64,000 nt of DNA from a virus, in the IMG/VR virus record IMGVR_UViG_3300032315_001401, positions 124,018-188,017 of that record. One strand, 5' to 3'. Below, piece after piece: positions 17,566-27,573 of the stretch. A program made the translations under genes and the position numbers. Numbering within the stretch: position 1 is the stretch's first letter; each line of letters begins with the position of its first letter. The notes below the pieces were generated by a model, which did not search any database, was not told the DNA's origin, and was given only the letters and a program-made list of their open reading frames with translations.

Positions 17566-18286
17566 AATATTTCGAAAAAGGATTATTCGGATAAGTTCTA
17601 TAAAATTTAACTATAGTTCTTTCATTATTTAATTTAATTTTTATATGAAAGAAAAAATCATCTTCCAAGTAATTAATAAATTTTTTATCATAAAGATTTA
17701 TTTTACTTTGATCAATATCAAAATGATTTAATAGAATATTTTTTATCTTATAAAAATTTTCTTTCGTTTGAAATGGAAATATTTCTATATTAATGGAATT
17801 ATCAATAAAATTTCCAATCTTGTCAAAATCACCAGCAATCCATACATCATAATATATATTTTTGAAATATTTAATAATTTTAATTGTATCACTAAAAAAT
17901 TTTGATTTAAAAGATTTATATGTATTTAAATAAAATCCACATTTAAAATTACTTTCAAATGGAATTTTACGTGTAAAATAAAGAACGGGAAAATTTACAT
18001 TAATATTAAAAAAATTTAAAGTATCTTTGTCTAAGTATTCATTTGGACCTTTACTTAGATAAGAAATATGAAAATAATCACCATCAGATGTAGTATTTGA
18101 TGACGTAATATTGCACTCATATTTTGATAAGTCCAGTTTTGGACATAAATTCAATAGTTGATTTTCTATTTTTTTTAAATTAGATTTCTGAGGAAAATTA
18201 TTTCCAAATTTATCAACACAAAAATGATGAGAAACATGATTGCTACCCTCTGTAATCTCTTTTTCAAACATTTTGTATCTTATCAT
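17549..18286 (-). CDS. Unknown protein, paralogue 1 of a tandem pair
   Basis: Co-linear similarity to 18290-19060 over the full length (PVLYFTRKIPFE, IVKFYRTYPNNPF identical). Confidence 0.75.
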   Translation of the reverse strand: MIRYKMFEKEITEGSNHVSHHFCVDKFGNNFPQKSNLKKIENQLLNLCPKLDLSKYECNITSSNTTSDGDYFHISYLSKGPNEYLDKDTLNFFNINVNFPVLYFTRKIPFESNFKCGFYLNTYKSFKSKFFSDTIKIIKYFKNIYYDVWIAGDFDKIGNFIDNSINIEIFPFQTKENFYKIKNILLNHFDIDQSKINLYDKKFINYLEDDFFFHIKIKLNNERTIVKFYRTYPNNPFSKYYGQSK

Positions 18287-18289
18287 AAC

Positions 18290-19060
18290 CTAATAGTTTT
18301 TTAGAAAGAATTGCATTGCAGAATATTGCAAATATTGCTGCAAAAATGGATTATTTGGATAAGTTCTATAAAATTTTACTATTTTACCATTATTAGTTAT
18401 TTTTATTTTTATATAAAAATAAAACTTATCAAGACTATAATTTTCAAACTTTTTATCATACAAATCAATTTTTTCTTTTTTAACATCAAAGTTTTTTAAC
18501 AAAATTTCTTTAATTTCATAGAAATTTCTTTTTGACTGAATGGGAAGTATTTCTATATTAATACTATTATCAATAAACTTCCCATCAAACGTAAAATCAC
18601 CTGCTAAATGCCCACCGGTTTTTACATTATTAAACAAAGAAATAATTTCAACAGTTTCATTAAAAAATTTAGATTTAAATGTTTTATAAGTGTCTAGATA
18701 AAAACCACACTTAAAAGTTTCTTCAAATGGTATTTTTCTGGTAAAATAAAGAACAGGAAAGTTAACGTCAATTTTGAAAGATTCTAAAATTTCTTTGTTT
18801 AAAAACTTTTTATTGGGATTAAGAGGATCAGTCACATAAGAAATATGAATATAATTATTTGGAGATGTAGTATTTGATGATGTTATAGTGCATTCATAAT
18901 CATATTTTGATAAGTCAAGATTGATACTAGATAATTGTTTTTCAAGAATATACTGTTTGGATTTTGGGTGAAAATGATTTGCAAATTTATCTACACAAAC
19001 ATGAGATTCAATATGATTACCTTTGGTGATTTCCTTTTCAAATAATCGATATCTTATCAT
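18290..19060 (-). CDS. Unknown protein, paralogue 2 of a tandem pair
   Basis: Co-linear similarity to 17549-18286. Confidence 0.75.
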   Translation of the reverse strand: MIRYRLFEKEITKGNHIESHVCVDKFANHFHPKSKQYILEKQLSSINLDLSKYDYECTITSSNTTSPNNYIHISYVTDPLNPNKKFLNKEILESFKIDVNFPVLYFTRKIPFEETFKCGFYLDTYKTFKSKFFNETVEIISLFNNVKTGGHLAGDFTFDGKFIDNSINIEILPIQSKRNFYEIKEILLKNFDVKKEKIDLYDKKFENYSLDKFYFYIKIKITNNGKIVKFYRTYPNNPFLQQYLQYSAMQFFLKNY

Positions 19061-19758
19061 TTTGAAAATACCTCAGAATGATTTTTACCCTTAATAACTT
19101 TCTTATCAGATCCATAATAAATCCAAAATGTACCAGAGTACCTAATACCAGAAGTAACGGGTTTTACTTTATGATAAAACATCCAGTTTGATGGAGAGAT
19201 AATAACATCGCCAATTGAAGGACGATAAGTTTTATTGCACGAAGCAAAATGCAACTCACCTCCAGTATACTCGTTGTTATCATTTAAGTAAACATTGCAG
19301 GTTAAAATATTTTTTCTTCTCATAAACCACATAGGAAATATCTCTTCAATGATATCATCATAATGATACTTAAATTCGGATTGATTATTATATCTTCTTA
19401 CAATCATTTCTGAAGGATGAAGATTTTTGTTCCCATAATATGCCCAATTAAAACCTCTAACTCTTTCAGAATATTGTTTTAAACCTTTAGTTAAAGCTTT
19501 ATTTTTGATACTTCCAATGATCTCAATATCAGGATCAAAATAAGAATCTGTTTTATCGTTTAATAAACCATCAGTATAGGGAGCAGACTTATCTCTTTCA
19601 CCATTTGAGTTTAAATTATGAATGAGTTGCTCACATTCATTTGGATTAATAAAAGACTTTAGATACAAAATATGATCAGATAAATTTAATAAAAACTTAT
19701 CTTGATCAATTTCATTCTCAATTGAATCTACATTAGTAGATATTTTTAAGTTTTCCAT
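19057..19758 (-). CDS. Fe(II)/2OG oxygenase, prolyl-4-hydroxylase-like
   Basis: HYD...YLND..YTGGELHF...HKVKPVTSGIRYS. Confidence 0.88.
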   Translation of the reverse strand: MENLKISTNVDSIENEIDQDKFLLNLSDHILYLKSFINPNECEQLIHNLNSNGERDKSAPYTDGLLNDKTDSYFDPDIEIIGSIKNKALTKGLKQYSERVRGFNWAYYGNKNLHPSEMIVRRYNNQSEFKYHYDDIIEEIFPMWFMRRKNILTCNVYLNDNNEYTGGELHFASCNKTYRPSIGDVIISPSNWMFYHKVKPVTSGIRYSGTFWIYYGSDKKVIKGKNHSEVFSK

Positions 19759-20492
19759 TATTTTTTAAATACGAATGTTGAAAGTCCAACACCAGATAAA
19801 ACATTTTTTAAATTTCTTTTTAAGTATCTAGAACTTATTTCTAAAGTCTGAAGGTGTTTGGTTTTTTGATTTTTTTGAATCGTAGATAAGTTATTTAACC
19901 AGTAATCAAGGGTTGGTTCAAGAGCATAATCATAATGATCTTCAAAATAGATTAAATCAAAATTGTGAGATTTAAACATGTCGATCCATTTATCTTTACT
20001 ATAAGTTTTCATTAGAAAATTATTTAAGTATTTTTCACAATGAGAAATATCAGTTTTTAAATAATAATCTCTTACAATAATTTGATTTGAAGATTTTGAA
20101 AGTTGGGTTAGAACACTATCAGGTTGATATAAATGACAAAATGATTCAATAAACACTATTGAATCATACACCTGATTAAAATTATAGTCAAGTAAATCAC
20201 AAAGTATTACATTTTCAGATATGTTTTCTTTTACATATTCATATTGACGTTTTGAGTTTGTAATTGAAATAACCTCACAACCCAAATCTTTTTGAATTAC
20301 TTTTGCTGGTCCACCCCAACCACATCCACAATCTAAAATTTTAGAATTGGGTTTGAGGAATTGATAAAGATGTTGAACTGCATTATACATTATATCACCA
20401 TCTCCCCACCCAACATGATAGTGAAGATCCTCACCTAAAACTTTTTTCCATAATTCTGGATCTGTATCAGAATAAAAATCTTCAATTTTCAT
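19758..20492 (-). CDS. Class I SAM-dependent methyltransferase (small-molecule/lipid type)
   Basis: LHYHVGW, ILDCGCGWGGPA, IVFIESFCH. Confidence 0.85.
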   Translation of the reverse strand: MKIEDFYSDTDPELWKKVLGEDLHYHVGWGDGDIMYNAVQHLYQFLKPNSKILDCGCGWGGPAKVIQKDLGCEVISITNSKRQYEYVKENISENVILCDLLDYNFNQVYDSIVFIESFCHLYQPDSVLTQLSKSSNQIIVRDYYLKTDISHCEKYLNNFLMKTYSKDKWIDMFKSHNFDLIYFEDHYDYALEPTLDYWLNNLSTIQKNQKTKHLQTLEISSRYLKRNLKNVLSGVGLSTFVFKK

Positions 20493-21120
20493 TTAACACC
20501 ATTGTCCTATTTAAATCTACTATTAAATTTATCCGATCTTTTGAGGTATTATTCCAACCCCTATGCTCATAAAAATCATTAAATGCAACACATTTTCCTG
20601 CATTCCAACTTCTACATTCATTTTTTACACAAAATATTATATCACCTTCAGGAACTATTAGTCCAAGATGAACTCTAATAATATTTTTGCTTCCCCTATG
20701 CGGAGGAATAATGCCATTTGCTGGGAATTTAGCAACAGAAATTGAAGTTACTTCAGAAAATTTAGAAAGTAATGATATCGTTTTAGGAAATATTTTTTTA
20801 CCAATAGGAGTTGGATTTGACTGATTTGAAATTATTAAAGTTTCCCATATTTGCTTATCGTTCAGTTGTAGCTCATATCTGCTATGAGATTTTTTAAGAG
20901 CATTCAATTTAATTTGAGATTCATCCACGTTAGCCATATTTTTAGAGACTTCGTGCATATCTTTCCAAATTAAATAATTTTTATCAACTCTCAACAAATC
21001 AAAAAAGTTAAAAGTTGATTTAAAATTAAATTTTAAATATTCTTCTAGAATTATGAAATAATTAGATTCTAACGAATTGCAAACGTTAAACCTAGAAGTG
21101 TTAAGGAAACTCATAATCAA
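20482..21120 (-). CDS. Aspartyl/asparaginyl beta-hydroxylase domain protein
   Basis: IIPPHRG...IRVHLGLIVP...W..GKCVAFNDFYEH...N...DRINLIVD. Confidence 0.88.
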   Translation of the reverse strand: MIMSFLNTSRFNVCNSLESNYFIILEEYLKFNFKSTFNFFDLLRVDKNYLIWKDMHEVSKNMANVDESQIKLNALKKSHSRYELQLNDKQIWETLIISNQSNPTPIGKKIFPKTISLLSKFSEVTSISVAKFPANGIIPPHRGSKNIIRVHLGLIVPEGDIIFCVKNECRSWNAGKCVAFNDFYEHRGWNNTSKDRINLIVDLNRTMVLNEN

Positions 21121-21718
21121 TATGCAAAACTTTTAAGGGAGAATATTTACATTCAAAATAATACTCATGATTTTCATAACCAAAGTTAGTTTTCATTGGT
21201 GATGTAATATCAACTTTTTTTCCTTTAATTTTTAATTCAATATTATCTGGAACATTAGAATAAAATATAATGTTATTATATTTATTTTTATATTTCCATG
21301 GATCTTTATGCTTTGGAGTTCCATTAAATGCTTCTATGTAATGGACACCATATATTCTTTTATCTGAAAATAAATCAATCAGAGATGGGTCAATTGATAT
21401 ATTATTTTTCAAATATCCATTTTCAATTTTATTATATTTTTTTCCCTCTAGCATAAAATCATCTACAGTAGATTTTTTGTAAATTAAATGAGAATAACAC
21501 ATATCCTCAGAAAATTTTATCCACAAAAATCTTAGTCTATGTTTTTTTGAATTCTTTTCCATCAAAAAATGACTCATCTTTGATGAAAAATTTCTTAGCG
21601 TAGGATTCTCCAAATCCCATTCTCTAAAAACAAACCATTTATCATTATCACAATTTAAATTATCAAGAAAATTTTGTATTTTATCTTTATTATTTAAAAT
21701 TTTATCAACTAGTTCCAT
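21101..21718 (-). CDS. Divergent Fe(II)/2OG or cupin-fold protein
   Basis: TPKHKD (HxD) and distal HEY; in operon with AspH-like genes. Confidence 0.5.
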   Translation of the reverse strand: MELVDKILNNKDKIQNFLDNLNCDNDKWFVFREWDLENPTLRNFSSKMSHFLMEKNSKKHRLRFLWIKFSEDMCYSHLIYKKSTVDDFMLEGKKYNKIENGYLKNNISIDPSLIDLFSDKRIYGVHYIEAFNGTPKHKDPWKYKNKYNNIIFYSNVPDNIELKIKGKKVDITSPMKTNFGYENHEYYFECKYSPLKVLHIDYEFP

Positions 21719-22230
21719 AACTCAAATACACCAACATCACTATTTTCTTGAATATCAATACTGTATTCTACATTTTGGTTTAAATCAGAATAGTCATATT
21801 GAACAAAACTTTTACCATTTACAATACAAGATCCCTTCAAACAAACTATACAAGAATATGATGCATTTGATGATATTATTTTTTCATTTTTTTCCATCAA
21901 TTTAGCAGTCCAATTTTCATTTTTCCTCCATGGATTAAATGAAATAAACTTACTATTTTCTAAAGATTCACAAACTACATGAGAATTGACATAATCTTTC
22001 AAATTAATAAGAATTCCAGATGATCCTCCCCCTTCTTTTTGTATAACATTTCCATCCTTGATAACATAAAATCTACCATAACCATACTCCAAGTATGTAA
22101 ATTGAGTAAATCTTTCTTCAGATTTTTCAAATCCAATGCAACCTTTTGGTGCTTGATGGACGCAAAGAAAAAATTTCTTTGATCTATAGGTCGTATTAAA
22201 TGATCCTGATTCTGATTTTGAAAAGTTCAT
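21709..22230 (-). CDS. Cupin/double-stranded beta-helix-like hypothetical protein
   Basis: beta-rich; SCIVCLKGSCIVNGK pattern. Confidence 0.45.
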   Translation of the reverse strand: MNFSKSESGSFNTTYRSKKFFLCVHQAPKGCIGFEKSEERFTQFTYLEYGYGRFYVIKDGNVIQKEGGGSSGILINLKDYVNSHVVCESLENSKFISFNPWRKNENWTAKLMEKNEKIISSNASYSCIVCLKGSCIVNGKSFVQYDYSDLNQNVEYSIDIQENSDVGVFELWN

Positions 22231-22232
22231 AT

Positions 22233-22598
22233 TTACCCATTATTCTCTAAAAATTTATCAAAGGTATCTAGGTCATCTTTAAGTTCCTTTTCTTTCTTCT
22301 GGTCGTGATAATAAGACCAGAGAGCATTATGCACATCCATGAGATTATCAATCCAGAAACCTGCAGGATAAATTCCTAGTGTATCTTGAAGACCACGATG
22401 ACTGGTTCCTTCACTTTCTGCTTTACACATAATATAGCAGATTGCCTGAACCATATCAATCTTATCTGATTCAGAAAGCATAAAATACTTTCCTACTGCT
22501 CTTTGCTTTGCTTCTTCAGATTCTTTCTGGAGTTGTTTGCAAGCATCAGAATCCCACCATTCTTGTAGGGATTTGCCGAATTCGTTATGTTCAGTCAT
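22233..22598 (-). CDS. Conserved cyanophage hypothetical protein
   Basis: Start refined to MTEHNEF. Confidence 0.65.
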   Translation of the reverse strand: MTEHNEFGKSLQEWWDSDACKQLQKESEEAKQRAVGKYFMLSESDKIDMVQAICYIMCKAESEGTSHRGLQDTLGIYPAGFWIDNLMDVHNALWSYYHDQKKEKELKDDLDTFDKFLENNG

Positions 22599-22821
22599 CT
22601 TTATGAAAAAAATTGCCAAAGAATCCGGAGTCGCCCTGTTTACGATTCTCAAGTTTATCCAGAAGACTATCGGTGGTTTGTAGAGTTTCAATGCGATGAA
22701 TAAGGTCTGCAATCACACTACAAACCATTGGACGCTCTTGACGGGCAGCATATGATAGAGCATTACGCAGTGCCGCTTCTGCTTCTTTAAGTGATTCTTC
22801 AACTGATTGTGATAGTGCCAT
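22591..22821 (-). CDS. Conserved cyanophage hypothetical protein
   Basis: MALSQSVEESLKEAEAALRNALSYAARQERP. Confidence 0.7.
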   Translation of the reverse strand: MALSQSVEESLKEAEAALRNALSYAARQERPMVCSVIADLIHRIETLQTTDSLLDKLENRKQGDSGFFGNFFHKDD

Positions 22822-22823
22822 AA

Positions 22824-23408
22824 TTAATTCGCCTTTTTAATAAGATAAGATCCATCACCATTATCTACCCATTCAATTCTATCACCTTCTTTAAAATCCG
22901 CTGCTTCTAATAGGTCTTCGGGAAATGTTATACAATATTCATCTTTATCAGTATCTTCATCTCTGACCACTTCAACAGGAAGAACCCACTTTTTTACTTT
23001 ATCCTTCTTTTGATTAGCAACAAGATACTCAAGATCACTATGACCCCAAGGTCTCATACCATCATCCTCCACTTCTTCTGGATAATAGTTTTCTTCCCAA
23101 ACTTCCCAGAAATCATTCCAAGATTTTTTGCATTCTTCTGACGAATCATCGTTATCACACACAAGATGTTCTTTTTTCTCAACATATTCATCATATGCAG
23201 GAATATGACCCTTACCATTACCATTCAGGAGTGCCAAGAGATCATAACAACGACCAGTATGATGCTTGAAGTAATGATACTCTTCATTCACAATACCTTT
23301 GATAGTATCATAGATTTCTTGTGGGGATACTTCAGCAGAAACCAAAGCATCTCTCACCCAAGTCTCAAGTCGTTCAAGTGAATACTTTTTGTAGTCAAAG
23401 TTGTCCAT
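22824..23408 (-). CDS. Hypothetical protein with C-terminal AbrB/MazE-like domain
   Basis: C-terminal WVLPVE...YCITFPEDLLEAADFKEGDRIEWVDNGDGSYLIKK; start refined to MDNFDY. Confidence 0.65.
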   Translation of the reverse strand: MDNFDYKKYSLERLETWVRDALVSAEVSPQEIYDTIKGIVNEEYHYFKHHTGRCYDLLALLNGNGKGHIPAYDEYVEKKEHLVCDNDDSSEECKKSWNDFWEVWEENYYPEEVEDDGMRPWGHSDLEYLVANQKKDKVKKWVLPVEVVRDEDTDKDEYCITFPEDLLEAADFKEGDRIEWVDNGDGSYLIKKAN

Positions 23409-23555
23409 TTTGATGCTCCTTAACTGCTTGTTCAATTATAACACCCAACTCTTTGCCGGTCAATCCATTCAACCATTTCCAGTTTGGGTCTTGCGGGTCC
23501 CAATCTGCCGTATAAGACCCATCGGCATTTTGTGTGATTTTAAAAGTATCTTCCA

Positions 23556-23804
23556 TCAGAACCAAGAACCATTCAGTGACTTATGAGATTGCTTCAGTGC
23601 TTTGTAAAGTTTTTTAATTTCTTGATAGGATTCTTCTGGTTTCATCTTCCCACCAATTGCCATATTCACCAGATAGGAAACATGATGAGAAAAGTTATTG
23701 AGATTGTTGATTTGAGCAATTTCAAGAAAACTTATTCCGGCATCTGGATTGATTGGAGGAGTTGGAAATAAAAACTCCTCTTTTGCTTGCTTTGCAGTTG
23801 TCAT
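23556..23804 (-). CDS. Conserved cyanophage hypothetical protein
   Basis: ORF track; ATGA-coupled. Confidence 0.65.
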   Translation of the reverse strand: MTTAKQAKEEFLFPTPPINPDAGISFLEIAQINNLNNFSHHVSYLVNMAIGGKMKPEESYQEIKKLYKALKQSHKSLNGSWF

Positions 23805-24037
23805 TTGTCAAGTGTATAATTATTTAAATTATAAGGTTCTGATGCCAGAATGTCAATCCTTTCATCTATACCATTCATAGAGTTCATAATTTCATAAAGA
23901 ACATTTGTGGTTTCAATGTTTTCTTCTTCAAGTTTTTGAACTTTCATTTCCAACTCTGATAACCTTTTATAAACATCATCCATAGGGACTTCATCTAACT
24001 TGCCCCACTTCTTTTGAAACCAGTTTGGATCACTCAT
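23801..24037 (-). CDS. Coiled-coil hypothetical protein
   Basis: ORF track. Confidence 0.65.
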   Translation of the reverse strand: MSDPNWFQKKWGKLDEVPMDDVYKRLSELEMKVQKLEEENIETTNVLYEIMNSMNGIDERIDILASEPYNLNNYTLDK

Positions 24038-24184
24038 AATACACCTACAGACTTTAAATAACGACGATATGCCATAAACCTACCCACACTTGGTTGCCCT
24101 GAAACATTCAATTGATGGCAGATTTCACAATATTGAATCCATTCATACCAAGGAGTAGTAGGATCTAATTCGTGATAAGGATAA

Positions 24185-24394
24185 TCAGAGTTTTCCACCT
24201 ACCTGCCCAGTATAAGTTTTGGATTCAGTGAAACCTTCCTGCCGTCCTTTAAGGAGAAAACGGGTTGCTGAAATACACGACTCTTCAGTGAGAGAGGTGA
24301 TAAGTCCATTACCTTCTTTGTCCGTTGAATACCAGAGTCCATACTTTTTCTCATCAACATAAAAGGCATCATCGATTAGTTTCTTTTCGGTCAT
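24185..24394 (-). CDS. Conserved cyanophage hypothetical protein
   Basis: LIDDAFYV...GLW.S...ITSLTEESCISATRF. Confidence 0.65.
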   Translation of the reverse strand: MTEKKLIDDAFYVDEKKYGLWYSTDKEGNGLITSLTEESCISATRFLLKGRQEGFTESKTYTGQVGGKL

Positions 24395-24689
24395 TGACTT
24401 TCTTTACAGTTTCGTGCAGTTCTTTAAGTGCTTGAATGGTTTCAGGAGTTTCTTCCCAACTCCAATCATTGTCATTTTTGTCTTTATAAGTTCTTTCAGT
24501 CATACTTGTAACTCAATTTAATGTCTTTCTTTTTTAGATTGTAACGGTCAATGTGCTGCTTTCGATGGTCTTCAGTTTGAAAATAGCACTTGCGGGTTTC
24601 TTTTCCGTCTTTATGCACCAATTTGTAAGGAAATTGGTCAAAAGGAAACTCTTCAGTGTGTTCCATAATGTTGATTGCTCACGGTTTTG

Positions 24690-24718
24690 AGTATAGGATG
24701 AGATGTGGGATTTGTCAA
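24690..24718 (-). promoter_or_regulatory. Sigma70-type promoter TTGACA-N17-TATACT
   Basis: -35 24718-24713, -10 24695-24690. Confidence 0.75.
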
Positions 24719-24719
24719 G

Positions 24720-24947
24720 TCATTTAAATCCCTTTGTCTTCTCTTTGATATCTAACACTTCAATATGACTCAAAAATTGATTTGCTGTTTGCAACCACGC
24801 TGCCTGCACTTCCATATAATCTTCAAAAACAATCTCTCTACCATTAGAAAGAATTAACTTATAGTGATGACGATTATAAGGGTCGTTTGATGTTTGTTTG
24901 AATGTCTTCACTTCTTGTTTATTGTTGTCAGTAGAGTCCAAAACCAA
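24720..24947 (-). CDS. Conserved cyanophage hypothetical protein
   Basis: FKQTSNDPYNRHHYKL motif; start uncertain. Confidence 0.55.
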   Translation of the reverse strand: MVLDSTDNNKQEVKTFKQTSNDPYNRHHYKLILSNGREIVFEDYMEVQAAWLQTANQFLSHIEVLDIKEKTKGFK

Positions 24948-24996
24948 ACCTCCAAAAGAATTAGAATAATAATCTCAACAAATACTGGTGGCAGAC

Positions 24997-25347
24997 TCAT
25001 TCTTCATCATTCCACGGAGGAACTTTTTGCATAATCTCTTTAATTCTTTCCACCACAGCAGGGTCTGGTGGTTCATTGATTCGTCGCACAAGTTCATCAT
25101 ATGCTTCTGCGGATACAATAATCCTTTCTGGTTCTTGTGCCAATCTCAACCTGCGTTCTGGACTGATAGTTAGATTGTAAGGGTCATCATAATCATAGAT
25201 GTATTCTTGAAACCACCCAATACTCAAACTCTCCCAGAACTCACCATAACCCCATTCATCACCATCATTATAACAGTCAAGAATATACAGGACATTACGA
25301 AATCCATCAAGAAAGTATTCCCATTTTGTTGGGGTTTCAAATCTCAT
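24997..25347 (-). CDS. Hypothetical protein
   Basis: ORF track. Confidence 0.65.
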   Translation of the reverse strand: MRFETPTKWEYFLDGFRNVLYILDCYNDGDEWGYGEFWESLSIGWFQEYIYDYDDPYNLTISPERRLRLAQEPERIIVSAEAYDELVRRINEPPDPAVVERIKEIMQKVPPWNDEE

Positions 25348-25756
25348 TATTTTTCCTCACTCGTTCAAGAAATGCAGTTGCTTGCTCATCCAATCGTGCA
25401 ATCAAATCCTCAATATCACTAATTGCAATCTCATTATACTCACGATTGAGGTTCTCACAACGCAAAGCATCAATCATAGATTGAAATGCAATCATTTGTT
25501 GATGTTCTGGTGTGATGGGTGTGCCGTGAGTAAGTCCAGCACATTCCATATTGTAGTAATCATTATATCGTTGAAGAACACGATTACTCTTCTCACGACG
25601 CTCCGCTTCTTCAAACATTTCGTCAGGGTATGGTTCTTGATTTCTCATAAGTTCTTTCAACCTCTGTTTGCCGTATTCAGTGAGTTCGTGTTTTTGTTTG
25701 CGGAGTTCTTCTATTTCTTCTTGTGTGAGATTGACCCAAGGCATATCATCGTTCAT
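25337..25756 (-). CDS. Hypothetical protein
   Basis: ORF track. Confidence 0.65.
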   Translation of the reverse strand: MNDDMPWVNLTQEEIEELRKQKHELTEYGKQRLKELMRNQEPYPDEMFEEAERREKSNRVLQRYNDYYNMECAGLTHGTPITPEHQQMIAFQSMIDALRCENLNREYNEIAISDIEDLIARLDEQATAFLERVRKNNEI

Positions 25757-26355
25757 CGCAACATCTCCTTGATTTTACGCAAACAATCATTAAATCCATC
25801 CACAAGCAATTCAGTATCTACATTTTGACTTCCTGCTGCCGATTGTTCTTTAGGCAACCATCTCTCCACTAAATCTACAAACTCATCACAATAATATCCA
25901 AGTTCATCTCTTACCATATTGTAGAGTTTTTGAGATTTATGTTTCTCCACCAATCTATTCACAACCTCATCGGTAATGTATGAAGCAGGATTATCTTTCT
26001 TATCCCACTCTACTTCATCAGCAACTTCATCTGGTGTATATTTTTTATAAGGATACTCTTCTATTTGTTTCATAACTTGCTTCTGGTAGTAATCTTCAAG
26101 AACTCCATATACATTTACATCTCTGACCTGACGGATATAATCTTCTCCCCTTCTTCGCACAAACCACACATAAGCACCAGAAAAACTATCCGTGTATTCA
26201 ATTCTATAATATGTTTTTGTATCATAATCTACTATATCAACTTTACCCTGACGCATCAGCATCATATCAGGTTCTTTTTCTGCTTCTTCAAGTTTATTGA
26301 GTTTCTCTTGAAGAATAGCAATATCTTCTTTGAGTTGTTGAATGGTTTCAGTCAT
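25753..26355 (-). CDS. Hypothetical early protein
   Basis: Downstream of dyad promoter 26379-26438. Confidence 0.7.
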   Translation of the reverse strand: MTETIQQLKEDIAILQEKLNKLEEAEKEPDMMLMRQGKVDIVDYDTKTYYRIEYTDSFSGAYVWFVRRRGEDYIRQVRDVNVYGVLEDYYQKQVMKQIEEYPYKKYTPDEVADEVEWDKKDNPASYITDEVVNRLVEKHKSQKLYNMVRDELGYYCDEFVDLVERWLPKEQSAAGSQNVDTELLVDGFNDCLRKIKEMLR

Positions 26356-26437
26356 AAGGAGGTTTGTTTCATAGGGTTATTATACGACAAAAGGCACCCG
26401 TTTTCAAGTGCCTCTGTTCCAGTTTGAGAAGTGTCCT

Positions 26438-26914
26438 TTAATCGGGATACTTCCCCTTTCGCACCTCATTAAACCAAAGTCCTTCAAGCAGACGACGAGT
26501 TTCACCATCCATAATAACAGCAAGCATCATACCATCAACAGTATGCTTTTTCTTAAACCAATTATGACTTTCATCATTAAATTGAAGACGAAGATATTCT
26601 TCATCATTATAAGAGACAAACTCAAACTTACCACCAAAATCAAACTCCATTTTTGGTTGAGATTTATGTGTCTCAATCTCTTTGAGGAGTTCCAGTTTCT
26701 TTTGAAGCACTTTGATTTCTGCTTCTGTCTTTTCAATATCAGATTTGTAAGTCATTTGTTTCAGGTAAGGAGTAGCATCCATCACACCATCTTTCATTGC
26801 TTGTCTAAAGGCATTACGCAGACCTTCATCAACTTCTTCGGGATGTTGCTTCCTTGGTTCCCAGTTTGTTGGTTGTCCTTCGTTGATTTCAGTTGGTTTC
26901 CAATCGTTATTCAT
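26438..26914 (-). CDS. Hypothetical protein
   Basis: ORF track; shares a coiled-coil segment with 25753-26355. Confidence 0.65.
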   Translation of the reverse strand: MNNDWKPTEINEGQPTNWEPRKQHPEEVDEGLRNAFRQAMKDGVMDATPYLKQMTYKSDIEKTEAEIKVLQKKLELLKEIETHKSQPKMEFDFGGKFEFVSYNDEEYLRLQFNDESHNWFKKKHTVDGMMLAVIMDGETRRLLEGLWFNEVRKGKYPD

Positions 26915-26952
26915 TTAAGTGATTACTTATAAGATAATTTATTAAAGTTCAT

Positions 26953-27225
26953 TTAGTCAGTTCCAGCATATTTCATATGAGTATCATATCCACCTCTACT
27001 ATAACCTTTATCATAGGACAAAATCATCAATTTTCGTATATCTCTCCATACAGCAGTAGGAAGTGGATAAAATTCCATAAGAGCATCAAGTTGATCTAAA
27101 AGTTCAGGAATTTCTTCAAATTTTTGTTCTAATGTCTGGGGAGTTGGTTGATATTCAGTCATCGGTTCTGGTAAAAAACCTTCATGGATAATTCGTGGTT
27201 TTGGAAACTCTGGTTTATTCATCAT
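26953..27225 (-). CDS. Hypothetical protein
   Basis: ORF track. Confidence 0.6.
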   Translation of the reverse strand: MMNKPEFPKPRIIHEGFLPEPMTEYQPTPQTLEQKFEEIPELLDQLDALMEFYPLPTAVWRDIRKLMILSYDKGYSRGGYDTHMKYAGTD

Positions 27226-27234
27226 ATCTCCGCA

Positions 27235-27492
27235 TCAATAATCATAAAATTGATCGGTTACTTTATAATCTTTATCCCGCACACGACCAGCATAAGGATC
27301 AATGGAACTTACAGATTCTTCCATATCAGGAACAACTTCATAACGGTAAATATAATCGGCATTTCCACCACAATCAACAGAGATTACATTTCCGTCAGGT
27401 AAAGTACCAATATAATTGAAAGTGTACTTATAGTAACTTGAAAATTTCACCTTTACTTCACCGTATTTTTCAATAAATTCTTCTTTTGTCAT
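27235..27492 (-). CDS. Conserved phage hypothetical protein
   Basis: YGEVKVKFSSYYKYTFNY; dyad promoter 27526-27585. Confidence 0.7.
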   Translation of the reverse strand: MTKEEFIEKYGEVKVKFSSYYKYTFNYIGTLPDGNVISVDCGGNADYIYRYEVVPDMEESVSSIDPYAGRVRDKDYKVTDQFYDY

Positions 27493-27573
27493 TTTAGGTC
27501 AGCAGGGTTGTTTGTCTATGAGAGTATTATACGACAAAAGGCACCCGTTTTCAAGTGCCCCTGTGCCAGTTCT

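Noticed and set aside
22230-22235. Late-promoter core TAAATA at the head of the AT-rich island
   Set aside because: Overlaps the start codon and is likely by chance at this AT content
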